A DNA stretch of 32,000 nt from Candidatus Brocadia sp. Lineage in GTDB: Bacteria > Planctomycetota > Brocadiia > Brocadiales > Brocadiaceae. Position numbers and translations under genes: made by a program. Shown here piece after piece: positions 23,338-31,982 of this stretch. Position 1 is the first letter of the stretch. Each line of letters opens with the position of its first letter. The stretch spans positions 2,730,001 to 2,762,000 of the forward strand of contig CP091279.1 of assembly GCA_021650915.1 (NCBI GenBank). Reading direction: 5' to 3'. The notes beneath the pieces are model-generated. The model had not been told where the DNA came from and did no database searches. It saw nothing but the letters and a program-made list of their open reading frames with translations.

Positions 23338-24592
23338 TATCTAGTATAACGTTTCATAAAAACCTTGACAAATAAGTATCCGGCATTTATATTGGCCTTA
23401 AAAAAGGAGGCCAAGGTGTCGGGAATTAGTAAAAAGCCAAAATTATCTCTTAGTCCGGAACAGTTATGCAAATTAGAAAACACTGCTCGATCTCGCACTG
23501 CTCCTCTTCGGGAAGTAAAGAGAGCACAAGTGCTTCTTAAGAAGTATCAAGAAGAATCTATAACAGCAATTCAAAAATCGATAGGGCTAAGCAGGGAAAC
23601 CATTTATAAATACATTGAAAAAGCATTGGCGTTAGGCCCGGAAGAAGCGCTAAGAGATAAATATCATCGGCCCAAAGAGCCCACAATTACCGAGAATGCA
23701 AAGATGTGGGTTGTAAATATTGCATGCACAAAACCCAAAGACCATGGATATGCAGCAGAACTGTGGACGCAAAGCCTTTTAGCAAAATACACAAGAAAAT
23801 ATGCCCCCCAGGAGGGATATGCGTGTCTTTCAAAGGCCTCAAAAGCCACGATTCATAGAATATTAAAAGAACATCCCGTACAACCACATAAGATACGCTA
23901 TTATTTAGAGAAACGGGATCCAGAATTTAAGCGTAAAATGGAAGACGTCCTTATGGTTTACCAAGAGGTTAACCTGCAAAACAAACAAGATGCTTCAGAA
24001 AAAATTTCTGGCAATCGAACGATTACCGTTTCCGTAGATGAAAAGCCCGGTGTTCAGGCAATAAAAAATATTGCACCAGACTTAAAACCTATAGCAGGTA
24101 AATGTCCTCAGGTTCTCCGAGATTATGAATATAAACGCTTGGGAACCGTGAGCATATTAGCCGCTTTAGATTTGCATACAGGGCATGTAATAGCCCAGGT
24201 TCATGAACGTCACAGAAGCAAAGAATTTATCGAGCTTTTAAAAGAACTGGATGCCTTTTATCCATCAGCATATACGATACGAATTGTTTTAGACAATCAT
24301 TCTGCGCATATTTCAAAAGAGACCTTGCGATATCTATCAAGCCGGCCAAATAGATTCGTTTATGTTCATACTCCAAAGCACGGCTCCTGGCTTAATCTGG
24401 TGGAAACACTATTTGGTAAAATGGCCCGAACCTTCTTAAAGCACATTAGGGTTGATTCTGTTGTCGAATTGCGAAATAGAATATTAAAAGGAATATCTGA
24501 AATTAATGAAGCCCCCGTTATTCATCGCTGGAAAAAATTCGATCTACTAACATAGTATTTGTCAATGTTTTTGTGAAACGTTATACTAGATA
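23338..24592 (+). mobile_element. IS630-family insertion sequence, apparently intact
   Basis: The 37-bp terminal inverted repeats (23338-23374 and 24556-24592) match at 35 of 37 positions: TATCTAGTATAACGTTTCATAAAAACCTTGACAAATA. They are flanked by a TA/TA target-site duplication (23336-23337 and 24593-24594), as expected for IS630/Tc1-mariner elements. Confidence 0.9.
23416..24555 (+). CDS. IS630-family DDE transposase
   Basis: It has N-terminal HTH regions. The catalytic residues are VSVDEKPG, IVLDNHSAH and WLNLVE, with about 37 residues between the last D and E by my count. GTG 23416 has a strong AAGGAGG SD 6 nt upstream, and the track's TTG at 23365 lies inside the terminal repeat. Confidence 0.9.
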   Translation: MSGISKKPKLSLSPEQLCKLENTARSRTAPLREVKRAQVLLKKYQEESITAIQKSIGLSRETIYKYIEKALALGPEEALRDKYHRPKEPTITENAKMWVVNIACTKPKDHGYAAELWTQSLLAKYTRKYAPQEGYACLSKASKATIHRILKEHPVQPHKIRYYLEKRDPEFKRKMEDVLMVYQEVNLQNKQDASEKISGNRTITVSVDEKPGVQAIKNIAPDLKPIAGKCPQVLRDYEYKRLGTVSILAALDLHTGHVIAQVHERHRSKEFIELLKELDAFYPSAYTIRIVLDNHSAHISKETLRYLSSRPNRFVYVHTPKHGSWLNLVETLFGKMARTFLKHIRVDSVVELRNRILKGISEINEAPVIHRWKKFDLLT

Positions 24593-24755
24593 TAAGAGGA
24601 CTTCTAACCGTTTCGGTTCAATCGTGGACGATTGAACCAGCCTTATTATCAATACTTGAGTCGTTCAGTGTAGGATATGCGGCGAAAGGCCGGGGTATAC
24701 TCCTTAGTCAAGTATATACTCCACAGGCTCACAATTTGTGATTTATAGTAGTTCA

Positions 24756-24786
24756 ACACGGACAAACAGAGTTTGTCCATGCCACC
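24756..24786. repeat. 31-nt hairpin repeat, copy 2
   Basis: ACACGGACAAACAGAGTTTGTCCATGCCACC matches copy 1 at 22487-22517 at 29 of 31 positions, and both differences are in the loop. Confidence 0.7.
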
Positions 24787-24863
24787 TTATTATCAATTTA
24801 AAATTCATATTTTATGAGCATCTTGAGTATAGTTAACGCCTTAAATAAGTTGACATGTAATAG

Positions 24864-24977
24864 TCGTTGTGAGCACATTCGCTTTGCTCAGTGTAACCTC
24901 CGCGAAGCAATCCCACCCTTGAGATTGCTTCGGGCTAAAGTTTATCCTGAGTAATAACGAAGGACGCTCGCAATGAC
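24864..24977. repeat. nested palindromic element (GTCGTTGTGAGC...GCTCGCAATGAC with inner GAAGCAATC/GATTGCTTC stem)
   Basis: It lies directly downstream of the FAD-oxidase gene. From memory, it belongs to the widespread 'GTCATTGCGAGC...GAAGCAATC' type of intergenic palindrome. There is a single copy in this window. Confidence 0.5.
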
Positions 24978-24993
24978 AACCTTCCTTTTGCGT

Positions 24994-26490
24994 TTACAAT
25001 AAGAACTCCTCCGGAATAATATTTCCCCTTCCTAAAATGAGGCATGGGTCGAGTTTCTTTTTCATGGCAGCCATTTCCCGCAGTCCCAACTGGCCGAACA
25101 TATCGAGGAGATACTCCCGCTTGATCTTGCCCACCCCATGCTCGGCGGAAATCGTGCCTCCCCATGCAATAACTTGCTGCGCTATTTTCCGATATATCGC
25201 CCACCCTCGGTCGGCTTCCTGATCGTTCCGCGGGAGGAGGTTGACGTGGAGATGGTTATCCGCAACGTGTCCAAAGATGCAATACCGGAGACCCGCATCG
25301 CACAGGCTCTGGCGATAGAGTTTGAACAAACCGAAAAGGTGTTCGTGCGGAACCGTGAAATCCGTGCCTATCTTTGTTTGCTGATGCTGCCTCAGGATGC
25401 GGTTAACAAGGACGGGAATGGCATGGCGAAATGCACGAAACTCTGTGTGTTCCTGTGCGCTCCGGCTGAACCAGCTCTGGTCAGACAGTGCTTGGTGATC
25501 GATACACAACCGGCCCCATTGTTCCCGGAGCAACTTTCCAAAGTCAGGTTGTATCTCTTGTTCAAAGAAGATAGCAGACTGAGCTTTTGATGGAATTTGA
25601 GAATAGGCGGAGCGTAAAGCATCAAGGGAGTGAGCATCGAAATATTCCAGGGCGCTGGCATCGATCTGATTTTTTATCTGAAGGGCACGATTCTTCAGTG
25701 ACTCATTTCTGGCCTGATTTGCGAACTGCCAGGCATCCTCCTCACGGCCAAAGAAGATGATGCCGCTGAAGAGTTCACGAGGTTGAGGGATTAATGCAAG
25801 CTCAATCTCCGTGATTACCCCTAAGGTGCCTTCTGACCCAATAAAAAGATCCAGGGCGCTCATACCCGGCGCTACATAGTAGCCGGCGGAGTGCTTTCCC
25901 TCAGGCATCCGGTATTGTGGCAGCTTCAATTGAAGGACGTTCCTGGAACCTGTCAGGAAAAGACGTCCTTCTTTATCAGCAAGACATTCTCCACGTTGTA
26001 GTTCCAGAATGTCACCTGTCGCAAGGACGACTTTCAGTCTCCTTATCCAACGGCGGGTAGCGCCATATTTAAAAGTGCGCGCACCCGAGGCGTTCGTTGC
26101 CACAGTGGCGCCAAGAAAGGCGTTCTGCTCTGTCGGGTCAGGCGGGTAAAGGAGCCCCTTTGCTGAAACAGCCTCCTGTAACGCCCGCAGGGTAATGGCT
26201 GGTCCTGTCACTGCGTAACCAGGCTCACCGGCGGCCTGATGAATGTGCCTCAGTCCACCCAGTTTTTCTGTAGAAAGGACGATCCCGCCAAAGGGTATCC
26301 TTGCCCCGACAAGGCCTGTTCCATTTCCCGCAATCGTTACGGGCGTTTTGGTGCTGCTGGCCTCTTCCAGTATCCCGGCAACCTCTTTTTCATCTTCCGG
26401 GAAAACCACTTCGTCTGCATAACCGCCACTCAGGTTAGAGGCATCTTTCAGGTAAGGACGTATCGCGTCGGGATCGGCGCTGCGGATCAT
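24994..26490 (-). CDS. FAD-linked oxidase (GlcD / D-lactate dehydrogenase family)
   Basis: 498 aa. The N-terminal FAD-binding PCMH region is EKEVAGILEEASSTKTPVTIAGNGTGLVGARIPFGGIVLSTEKL, and the C-terminal FAD-oxidase_C-like region is GGTISAEHGVGKIKREYL. Confidence 0.85.
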   Translation of the reverse strand: MIRSADPDAIRPYLKDASNLSGGYADEVVFPEDEKEVAGILEEASSTKTPVTIAGNGTGLVGARIPFGGIVLSTEKLGGLRHIHQAAGEPGYAVTGPAITLRALQEAVSAKGLLYPPDPTEQNAFLGATVATNASGARTFKYGATRRWIRRLKVVLATGDILELQRGECLADKEGRLFLTGSRNVLQLKLPQYRMPEGKHSAGYYVAPGMSALDLFIGSEGTLGVITEIELALIPQPRELFSGIIFFGREEDAWQFANQARNESLKNRALQIKNQIDASALEYFDAHSLDALRSAYSQIPSKAQSAIFFEQEIQPDFGKLLREQWGRLCIDHQALSDQSWFSRSAQEHTEFRAFRHAIPVLVNRILRQHQQTKIGTDFTVPHEHLFGLFKLYRQSLCDAGLRYCIFGHVADNHLHVNLLPRNDQEADRGWAIYRKIAQQVIAWGGTISAEHGVGKIKREYLLDMFGQLGLREMAAMKKKLDPCLILGRGNIIPEEFLL

Positions 26491-27157
26491 GGCGTCTTAT
26501 CGCACCCTCTTTTCCCATCTGTTCCGTTTAACCACCCCGACCACACTCCTCTTCCAGAGACAGGTTAAAAACAACCAATGCATAGGACATTACCATCGCA
26601 ACCAAGCCCCGCTTTAGAAAAGAAGGGGGGAGAAGGTTGTAAAAAAGGAGAAATTGTATACGGCGATACGAAAGGTTATAAATCATTTTCTATTTCACTA
26701 CAATTGACTATTCCCTGTCAACGTATTTATTTCATACCTTTTTTTCGTCTGACCGATAACAGATTGAGTGGTTTGGGGTATGATATTAATCGTCTCATAA
26801 TAGAACACACATTAAGCTGTCCGTTTAGCGCCTCAATATTGGAGAAGGAAAGCATACGACGAATCAATACAATTATGGGACCCTTAATATGTCAGTATGG
26901 TTCGTGCGGCTGTTGACTCGCAAGGGTATGGAAACTGATGGAGATATTACAAGCCATCACTGTCGTATCCAGGGTAGGAACTGGTGTTTCTGGTAAAGGG
27001 ATAGCTGGTAAAGCACGAAAATCGTGAGTTGACACTGACAGGGTTATGTCTATTCACATTTTCACCAATAATATCAAAATATTTTTTATTAGACACGGCA
27101 GCATAGCACCTCCAGCGGGTTCCGTATCCCCAAGGGATGTTGCCGCGCACGGGCTTT

Positions 27158-30100
27158 TCACGCCACCTTCTTCTCAATCTCCTCAAATTTAACGGCCACC
27201 TTCATGGATACGCCCGGCTCCTGCATAGTGATGCCATACATCACGTCGGCAACGCTCATGGTGACCTTGTTGTGGGTAATAACGAGGAATTGCGTGTCCG
27301 TGGTAAATTCCTTGAGAATATGGGTAAAGCGGTTGATGTTGCTTTCGTCCAGGGCGGCGTCCGCCTCGTCAAGGATGCAGAATGGGCTCGGTTTCGACTG
27401 GAATACGGCAAAAAGGAGCGCTACGGTGGTCATTACCTTTTCTCCGCCGGAGAGGAGGGTGATGGAACGAAGCTCTTTGCTGGGCGGCTGTGCCATGATC
27501 TCAATGCCGGCCTCCAGGATGTCCACATTTTCCTCTAAAAGGACATCGGCCTTGCCCCCGCCAAACAGCTTCCGGAACATTATCTGGAAATTCTGACGAA
27601 TGTCATTGAAGGTTTTTTCAAATAATTCACGGCTCGTGTGATTGATCTTTTTAATCAGGTTCTGCAGGGCTTCCTGGGATTTTACAAGGTCTTCCTTCTG
27701 ATTTACCAGAAAGGTCTCGCGGATCTCCAGTTCGTCCTGTTCTTTAATGGCCTCGATATTTACATTCCCCAGCCTTCCGATCTTTCCTTGAAATTCCTCG
27801 ATCTCCCGGGCAATCGCCTCCCAGAAATCAACCTGGGGTTGAGACGGATCCGTGGTTTCTGCCGGTGGTGTGGTCAATTCCAAGTTGATTTCTTCGGTTG
27901 CAACATCCAGGTTTGACAGATCGAGCTGATATTCCTCACGAACACGATCTTCCAGGTTGGACAACCGGATTTGATACTCATTTTCCCTGAGTTTTAATTC
28001 CTGGAGCTGTTGTTCGAACTGCTTCTGTTCCGCACGCTTTTCATCAAGGCGCTCCTTTAATTCTTTCGCCTTCAGATTATGGCCATCCTGTTCGGCTGCA
28101 AGAGATACGATGGAGACTTCCAGGGCATTCCTTTGTGTGCCAAGTTCACCGAGGAGCAGTTCCAGGCGTTTAATCTCTTCTTCAGCTTCCCGTCTCTTCT
28201 GCTGACAGTCCTGGCTCTCCTGGATGCACAGGGCTATCTGCGCCTGGGTTTCCCGCACCTCTGCATCAAGCCGATGCAACGCCTTGTTCATACCGTCTTT
28301 CTTTTCCTGTCTTTGCGCAAGGCCAATTTTTACCGCGGTGATTTCCTCATCAATGCTCTTTTTCTGGCCCTCTTTTTCTTCTACCAGCATGGCGGATTCT
28401 TCGACCTGTTGTTCCAATTGCCGGTGCTGCTGGTTGAGCAGCATGAGTTCTTCCTGCAGACACTTTTCACGTTCGGAAGCATTTTCCACCGCCACATCGA
28501 TCTCTTCCATTTCATTTTCATTGATCTTTTTCTCAGCAGTAAGTTCATCCCGCTTCTGTTCGTTCTGAGAGATCTCATTGTCCCTGGAAATTCTCAGGAT
28601 GTTTATCTGCTCTATCCTCTTTGCCAGTTGTGCGGTTTCCGCTTCAAGTCCGCTCAGTTCCTCAATGTGGTATTGTTTGTCCCGTTCCAGTTTCTCAAGG
28701 ATTTGCCGGATGTGCACCAGTTCATCTTCGATCTTTTTTAATTCGCTTTTCCGGGATATGATCCCCACCTGTCCTTGTTTTTTCCCGCCACTGAGCGCAC
28801 CGTCTGGCTCGAAAAGCTCTCCTTCGAGCGTAACATACCGGATCGAGCGGTTGTCGTTGCTGAGGACAAGCGACGCGGCAAGGTCCTTTACAACGACCGT
28901 ATTATTCAGGAGGCTATCGACCATCCGGCAGATCTCTTCCGGATTGTTGACGAGTTTACGTGCGGCGCCGATAACGTCAGGTTTTTGCAGGGTTTCGTCG
29001 GAAATGGATCCGTGACCATTTGCCCTGTCTAACGGGAGAAAGATTGCATGTCCTTTCTGAGTCTTCTGTAAGAATGCAATCGCCTGTGCGGCATCATCGG
29101 TAGTCTCCGTAACAATACCCTGCACCCGTTCGCCGAGGGCAGTTTCAATAGCGAGTGCATACGGAAGGTCAACTTTTACCATATCGGCAATCATCCCCCT
29201 GATACCCTTTACTGCCGCCCGGTCCTTTCTGGACTCCTCCAGGATGGTTTTTGCGCCGGACGTTACCCCTTCCGACCGCATTTCAAAATCCATAAGCACT
29301 TCGTGACGGGAGGTCTTGCTGCTCTGCAATTGTTTTTGCTGACTGATTTGTTCGTCTAAAGACCGGATCATACTTACGAGTTCCTGTATGCGGCCTTTCG
29401 AGGCGGATAATTTTTGATCCAGGGCACGGGATTCTTCCACGAGGGCATCTCGTTCCTTCGTCGTTTCCTCATATTTGGACACCAGGGCGTCCACAAACGA
29501 CACAATTTCTTCCTGCCTCCTGGAAAGCCGCGCTTTTCTGCCTTTCAGGGTGTCCTTCTCGTTAGTCAGACTGCCAATCTCATTCTGAAGACTGGATTGC
29601 TGCTGAAGGATTGTGATAACCTCAGACTTCTTTTCGTCAATACCCTGGTACAGCATATCGCATTCGAAGCTGATCTGTTTCTGAAAGGTCTCTTTTGTCT
29701 TCTGGAGATCAACACCTTTTGCCATCTCCTGCTCCACCGTATTCATCAGTTCCTTTGTCTCTGCGATCTTGCTGTTTGCCTCAAGCGCCCTGTTTTCGAG
29801 ACCCTTTTGTTGCTCGGTGTATTTCTCCCGAAGGATTTCCAATTCCTTTATGCGTTCATGGTCATACTTTATTTTATCCCGATGTTTGGATAGCTGCGCC
29901 TCCAGGCTTACCCGCTCGGTCTGCATCTGCGCCAGTTGCTTTGCTAATTGCCCGGTTATGGCCTCAATTGCAGTTATCTGCACGTCAAGTTCATCCATTT
30001 CGGCAACGACTTTGCTGTTTTGTTCTGCCGTCTGGCCGACCTTTTCAGAAACAGCCGCCCTTTTCTCTTTGAGATCACGATGGTTTCGCAACGAAAGTCC

Positions 30101-30781
30101 GACCTTTAATTTTTTGAGATGTTCCACGTATTCCTGATATTTTCTGGCCTTCGATGCCTGGAGTTTCACTGAACGAAGCTGTTTCTGCAGCTCCTCAATG
30201 ATATCGCCAACCCGGAGGAGATTTTGTTCCACGTGTTCAAGCTTGCTCAAGGCTGCCTTTTTGCGTGACTTAAACTTGCTGATGCCGGCAGCCTCTTCAA
30301 ACAGCAGCCGCCTTTCACGGGAATCCGCCTGCAACATGGCCTCCACGTTGCCCTGCTCAATAACAGAATAGGCGTTAGCGCCAAAACCGGTGTCCAGAAA
30401 AAGCTCCCGGATATCCTTTAGCCTGCTCGCCTGTTTGTTGAGAAGGTATTCCGACTCGCCCGATGTGTACAAACGGCGGGTTATGCAGACCTCGGAGTAT
30501 TCGAGCGGCAAGAGCCCCTTATTGTTCTGGATGGTAAGAGACACCTCGGCATATCCGAGCGATGGACGTTTATCCGTGCCATTAAAGATTACATCTGCCA
30601 TTTCATTGCCCCGGAGCGATTTTACGCTCTGCTCGCCAAGCACCCACTTGATGGCGTCAATGACGTTGCTCTTCCCGCATCCATTCGGCCCTACAATGAC
30701 GGTTATTCCATCCTCGAAAGTGATTTCCGTTTTTTCTGCAAACGATTTAAACCCGAACAATTCCAGTTTTTTCAGTTTCAT
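27158..30781 (-). CDS. smc: chromosome segregation protein SMC
   Basis: MKLKKLELFGFKSFAEKTEITFEDGITVIVGPNGCGKSN (Walker A), long coiled coils, a hinge, then LSGGEKVMTTVALLFA and FCILDEADAALD at the C-terminus. I use ATG 30781. The 27 extra codons in the track are non-homologous. Confidence 0.95.
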   Translation of the reverse strand: MKLKKLELFGFKSFAEKTEITFEDGITVIVGPNGCGKSNVIDAIKWVLGEQSVKSLRGNEMADVIFNGTDKRPSLGYAEVSLTIQNNKGLLPLEYSEVCITRRLYTSGESEYLLNKQASRLKDIRELFLDTGFGANAYSVIEQGNVEAMLQADSRERRLLFEEAAGISKFKSRKKAALSKLEHVEQNLLRVGDIIEELQKQLRSVKLQASKARKYQEYVEHLKKLKVGLSLRNHRDLKEKRAAVSEKVGQTAEQNSKVVAEMDELDVQITAIEAITGQLAKQLAQMQTERVSLEAQLSKHRDKIKYDHERIKELEILREKYTEQQKGLENRALEANSKIAETKELMNTVEQEMAKGVDLQKTKETFQKQISFECDMLYQGIDEKKSEVITILQQQSSLQNEIGSLTNEKDTLKGRKARLSRRQEEIVSFVDALVSKYEETTKERDALVEESRALDQKLSASKGRIQELVSMIRSLDEQISQQKQLQSSKTSRHEVLMDFEMRSEGVTSGAKTILEESRKDRAAVKGIRGMIADMVKVDLPYALAIETALGERVQGIVTETTDDAAQAIAFLQKTQKGHAIFLPLDRANGHGSISDETLQKPDVIGAARKLVNNPEEICRMVDSLLNNTVVVKDLAASLVLSNDNRSIRYVTLEGELFEPDGALSGGKKQGQVGIISRKSELKKIEDELVHIRQILEKLERDKQYHIEELSGLEAETAQLAKRIEQINILRISRDNEISQNEQKRDELTAEKKINENEMEEIDVAVENASEREKCLQEELMLLNQQHRQLEQQVEESAMLVEEKEGQKKSIDEEITAVKIGLAQRQEKKDGMNKALHRLDAEVRETQAQIALCIQESQDCQQKRREAEEEIKRLELLLGELGTQRNALEVSIVSLAAEQDGHNLKAKELKERLDEKRAEQKQFEQQLQELKLRENEYQIRLSNLEDRVREEYQLDLSNLDVATEEINLELTTPPAETTDPSQPQVDFWEAIAREIEEFQGKIGRLGNVNIEAIKEQDELEIRETFLVNQKEDLVKSQEALQNLIKKINHTSRELFEKTFNDIRQNFQIMFRKLFGGGKADVLLEENVDILEAGIEIMAQPPSKELRSITLLSGGEKVMTTVALLFAVFQSKPSPFCILDEADAALDESNINRFTHILKEFTTDTQFLVITHNKVTMSVADVMYGITMQEPGVSMKVAVKFEEIEKKVA

Positions 30782-31042
30782 GATCGTGATAATGCAACGT
30801 AAGAAAAGACTTCCAGGTACTAAAAAGGGGTATTTCGTTTGTGCGAAACACCCCTTTCTCATTATACATACAACGGTTGGTCTCTGAAATGAAAATATAA
30901 GAATTTCTTATACATTAACCATGAATATCAAATACCTATGAGATATAAAAAAACTTCACTTATTGCTAAAATAGTAACTTGTCGAAACTAAGAGTATCTT
31001 AAAAGATTTTTAAAATACTGCACAAACAATACGATCTCTCAT

Positions 31043-31126
31043 TTATTTCTTTGTTGGCTTCTTGGTACTTTTCTTTGCAGTTCCTTTTGATGTCTTTGAT
31101 GAACTTCCACACTTCTTCGTCGCCAT
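31043..31126 (-). CDS. possible micro-ORF encoding a 27-aa lysine/serine/threonine-rich peptide
   Basis: MATKKCGSSSKTSKGTAKKSTKKPTKK*. The ATG is preceded by AAAGGGGGTGA about 7 nt upstream, and the ORF lies 54 nt downstream of the radical-SAM gene stop. The sequence has low complexity and no homology evidence. Confidence 0.25.
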   Translation of the reverse strand: MATKKCGSSSKTSKGTAKKSTKKPTKK

Positions 31127-31179
31127 AAATAATCACCCCCTTTCTTTGACTTAATATGAGACCAAACGGTATAATGAAA

Positions 31180-31926
31180 TTACCAATTTCTCTGCAAAAC
31201 CTTTCCTTCCTCACCCCGCACACAACAGGAGCCAACGTAGGCGCCAGCCCGTGCAGCAAAACCCCTGAGTATTTCTGCGGAATACGGTTCAATCTTCAAC
31301 ATCCCGGCATCCAGGCAATGATTCGGCCGGAAGGCCTGCAGGACATATCGCCCAGCGCCCTGAATGGTTCTGGCGATCTCCTCAATGTCATCCCCATCGA
31401 GCTGTGATGGACAGACGGTCGTGCGAAATTCATACTCGATACCGCTTTCCATAATAATCCGGATACTCTCCCGGATGTCCTTGATATTACAAGGGACGCC
31501 GGAAACCATCTCGTATTTTTCCTGCCGGAGAGGAGCCTTAACATCCATAGCCACACAATCCAGAAGTTTTCTGGCAATGAAGTCCTCTACGATACGAGGA
31601 TTAGTGCCATTGGTGTCCAAACGCACCACCACTCCCGTATTTTTCAATAACGTAAGGAATTCATCAAGATGCTTGTGCGAAGTTGGCTCACCGCCCGTGA
31701 CGACAACACCGTCCACCCATCCAGCATTCTGCCGTATCTTGTCAATTACGGCATCGACCGGAATGGACTCCAGATCATTCGGCGTTTGAACCAAATGGGG
31801 GGCATGACAATACGGACAACGAAGGTTGCATGTGGGCAAAAAGATTATCGAGACAATCTTGCCTTCCCATTCGATAAGACTATTTTCTATGAATCCCTTG
31901 ATTGGTATAATCACGCTACAATACAA
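31180..31926 (-). CDS. radical-SAM activating enzyme (anaerobic ribonucleotide reductase activase-like, NrdG family)
   Basis: ENSLIEWEGKIVSIIFLPTCNLRCPYCH (CxxxCxxC), VDGVVVTGGEPT and VRLDTNGTNP are typical of the roughly 230-250-aa glycyl-radical activase group. Confidence 0.8.
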   Translation of the reverse strand: MYCSVIIPIKGFIENSLIEWEGKIVSIIFLPTCNLRCPYCHAPHLVQTPNDLESIPVDAVIDKIRQNAGWVDGVVVTGGEPTSHKHLDEFLTLLKNTGVVVRLDTNGTNPRIVEDFIARKLLDCVAMDVKAPLRQEKYEMVSGVPCNIKDIRESIRIIMESGIEYEFRTTVCPSQLDGDDIEEIARTIQGAGRYVLQAFRPNHCLDAGMLKIEPYSAEILRGFAARAGAYVGSCCVRGEEGKVLQRNW

Positions 31927-31982
31927 TTAAAACGGGATAGGTTAAACGAAGCGTCTATTTCACCTGACCAAACCTACGGCTT

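Noticed and set aside
24615-24638. GGTTCAATCG...CGATTGAACC hairpin as a possible tRNA T-arm or integration-site tRNA fragment
   Set aside because: No acceptor, D or anticodon arms can be built around it. The 10-bp stem is too long for a T-arm, and no tRNA-like 3' end is present.
1745-24786. Recurrent hairpin repeats as a possible CRISPR array
   Set aside because: The copies are kilobases apart and not regularly spaced. They belong to different sequence families, are strongly palindromic with GTAG heads, and no cas genes are present.
30782-30862. 27-codon N-terminal extension of smc in the ORF track (MRKGCFAQTKYPFLVPG...)
   Set aside because: SMC proteins begin M-[KR]-L-K-x-L-x-L-x-G-F-K-S-F. 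The ATG at 30781 gives exactly that, and the extension is non-homologous.
27137-30887. Plus-strand ORFs of 85-220 aa antisense to smc
   Set aside because: They are shadow ORFs produced by the repetitive E/K/L/Q codon usage of the SMC coiled coil. The translations are Leu/Phe/Ser-rich nonsense, and smc fully explains the region.
30999-31292. 97-aa minus-strand ORF
   Set aside because: It overlaps the 3' end of the radical-SAM gene by more than 110 nt in another frame and has no SD. Only the downstream micro-ORF in a different frame has a ribosome-binding site.
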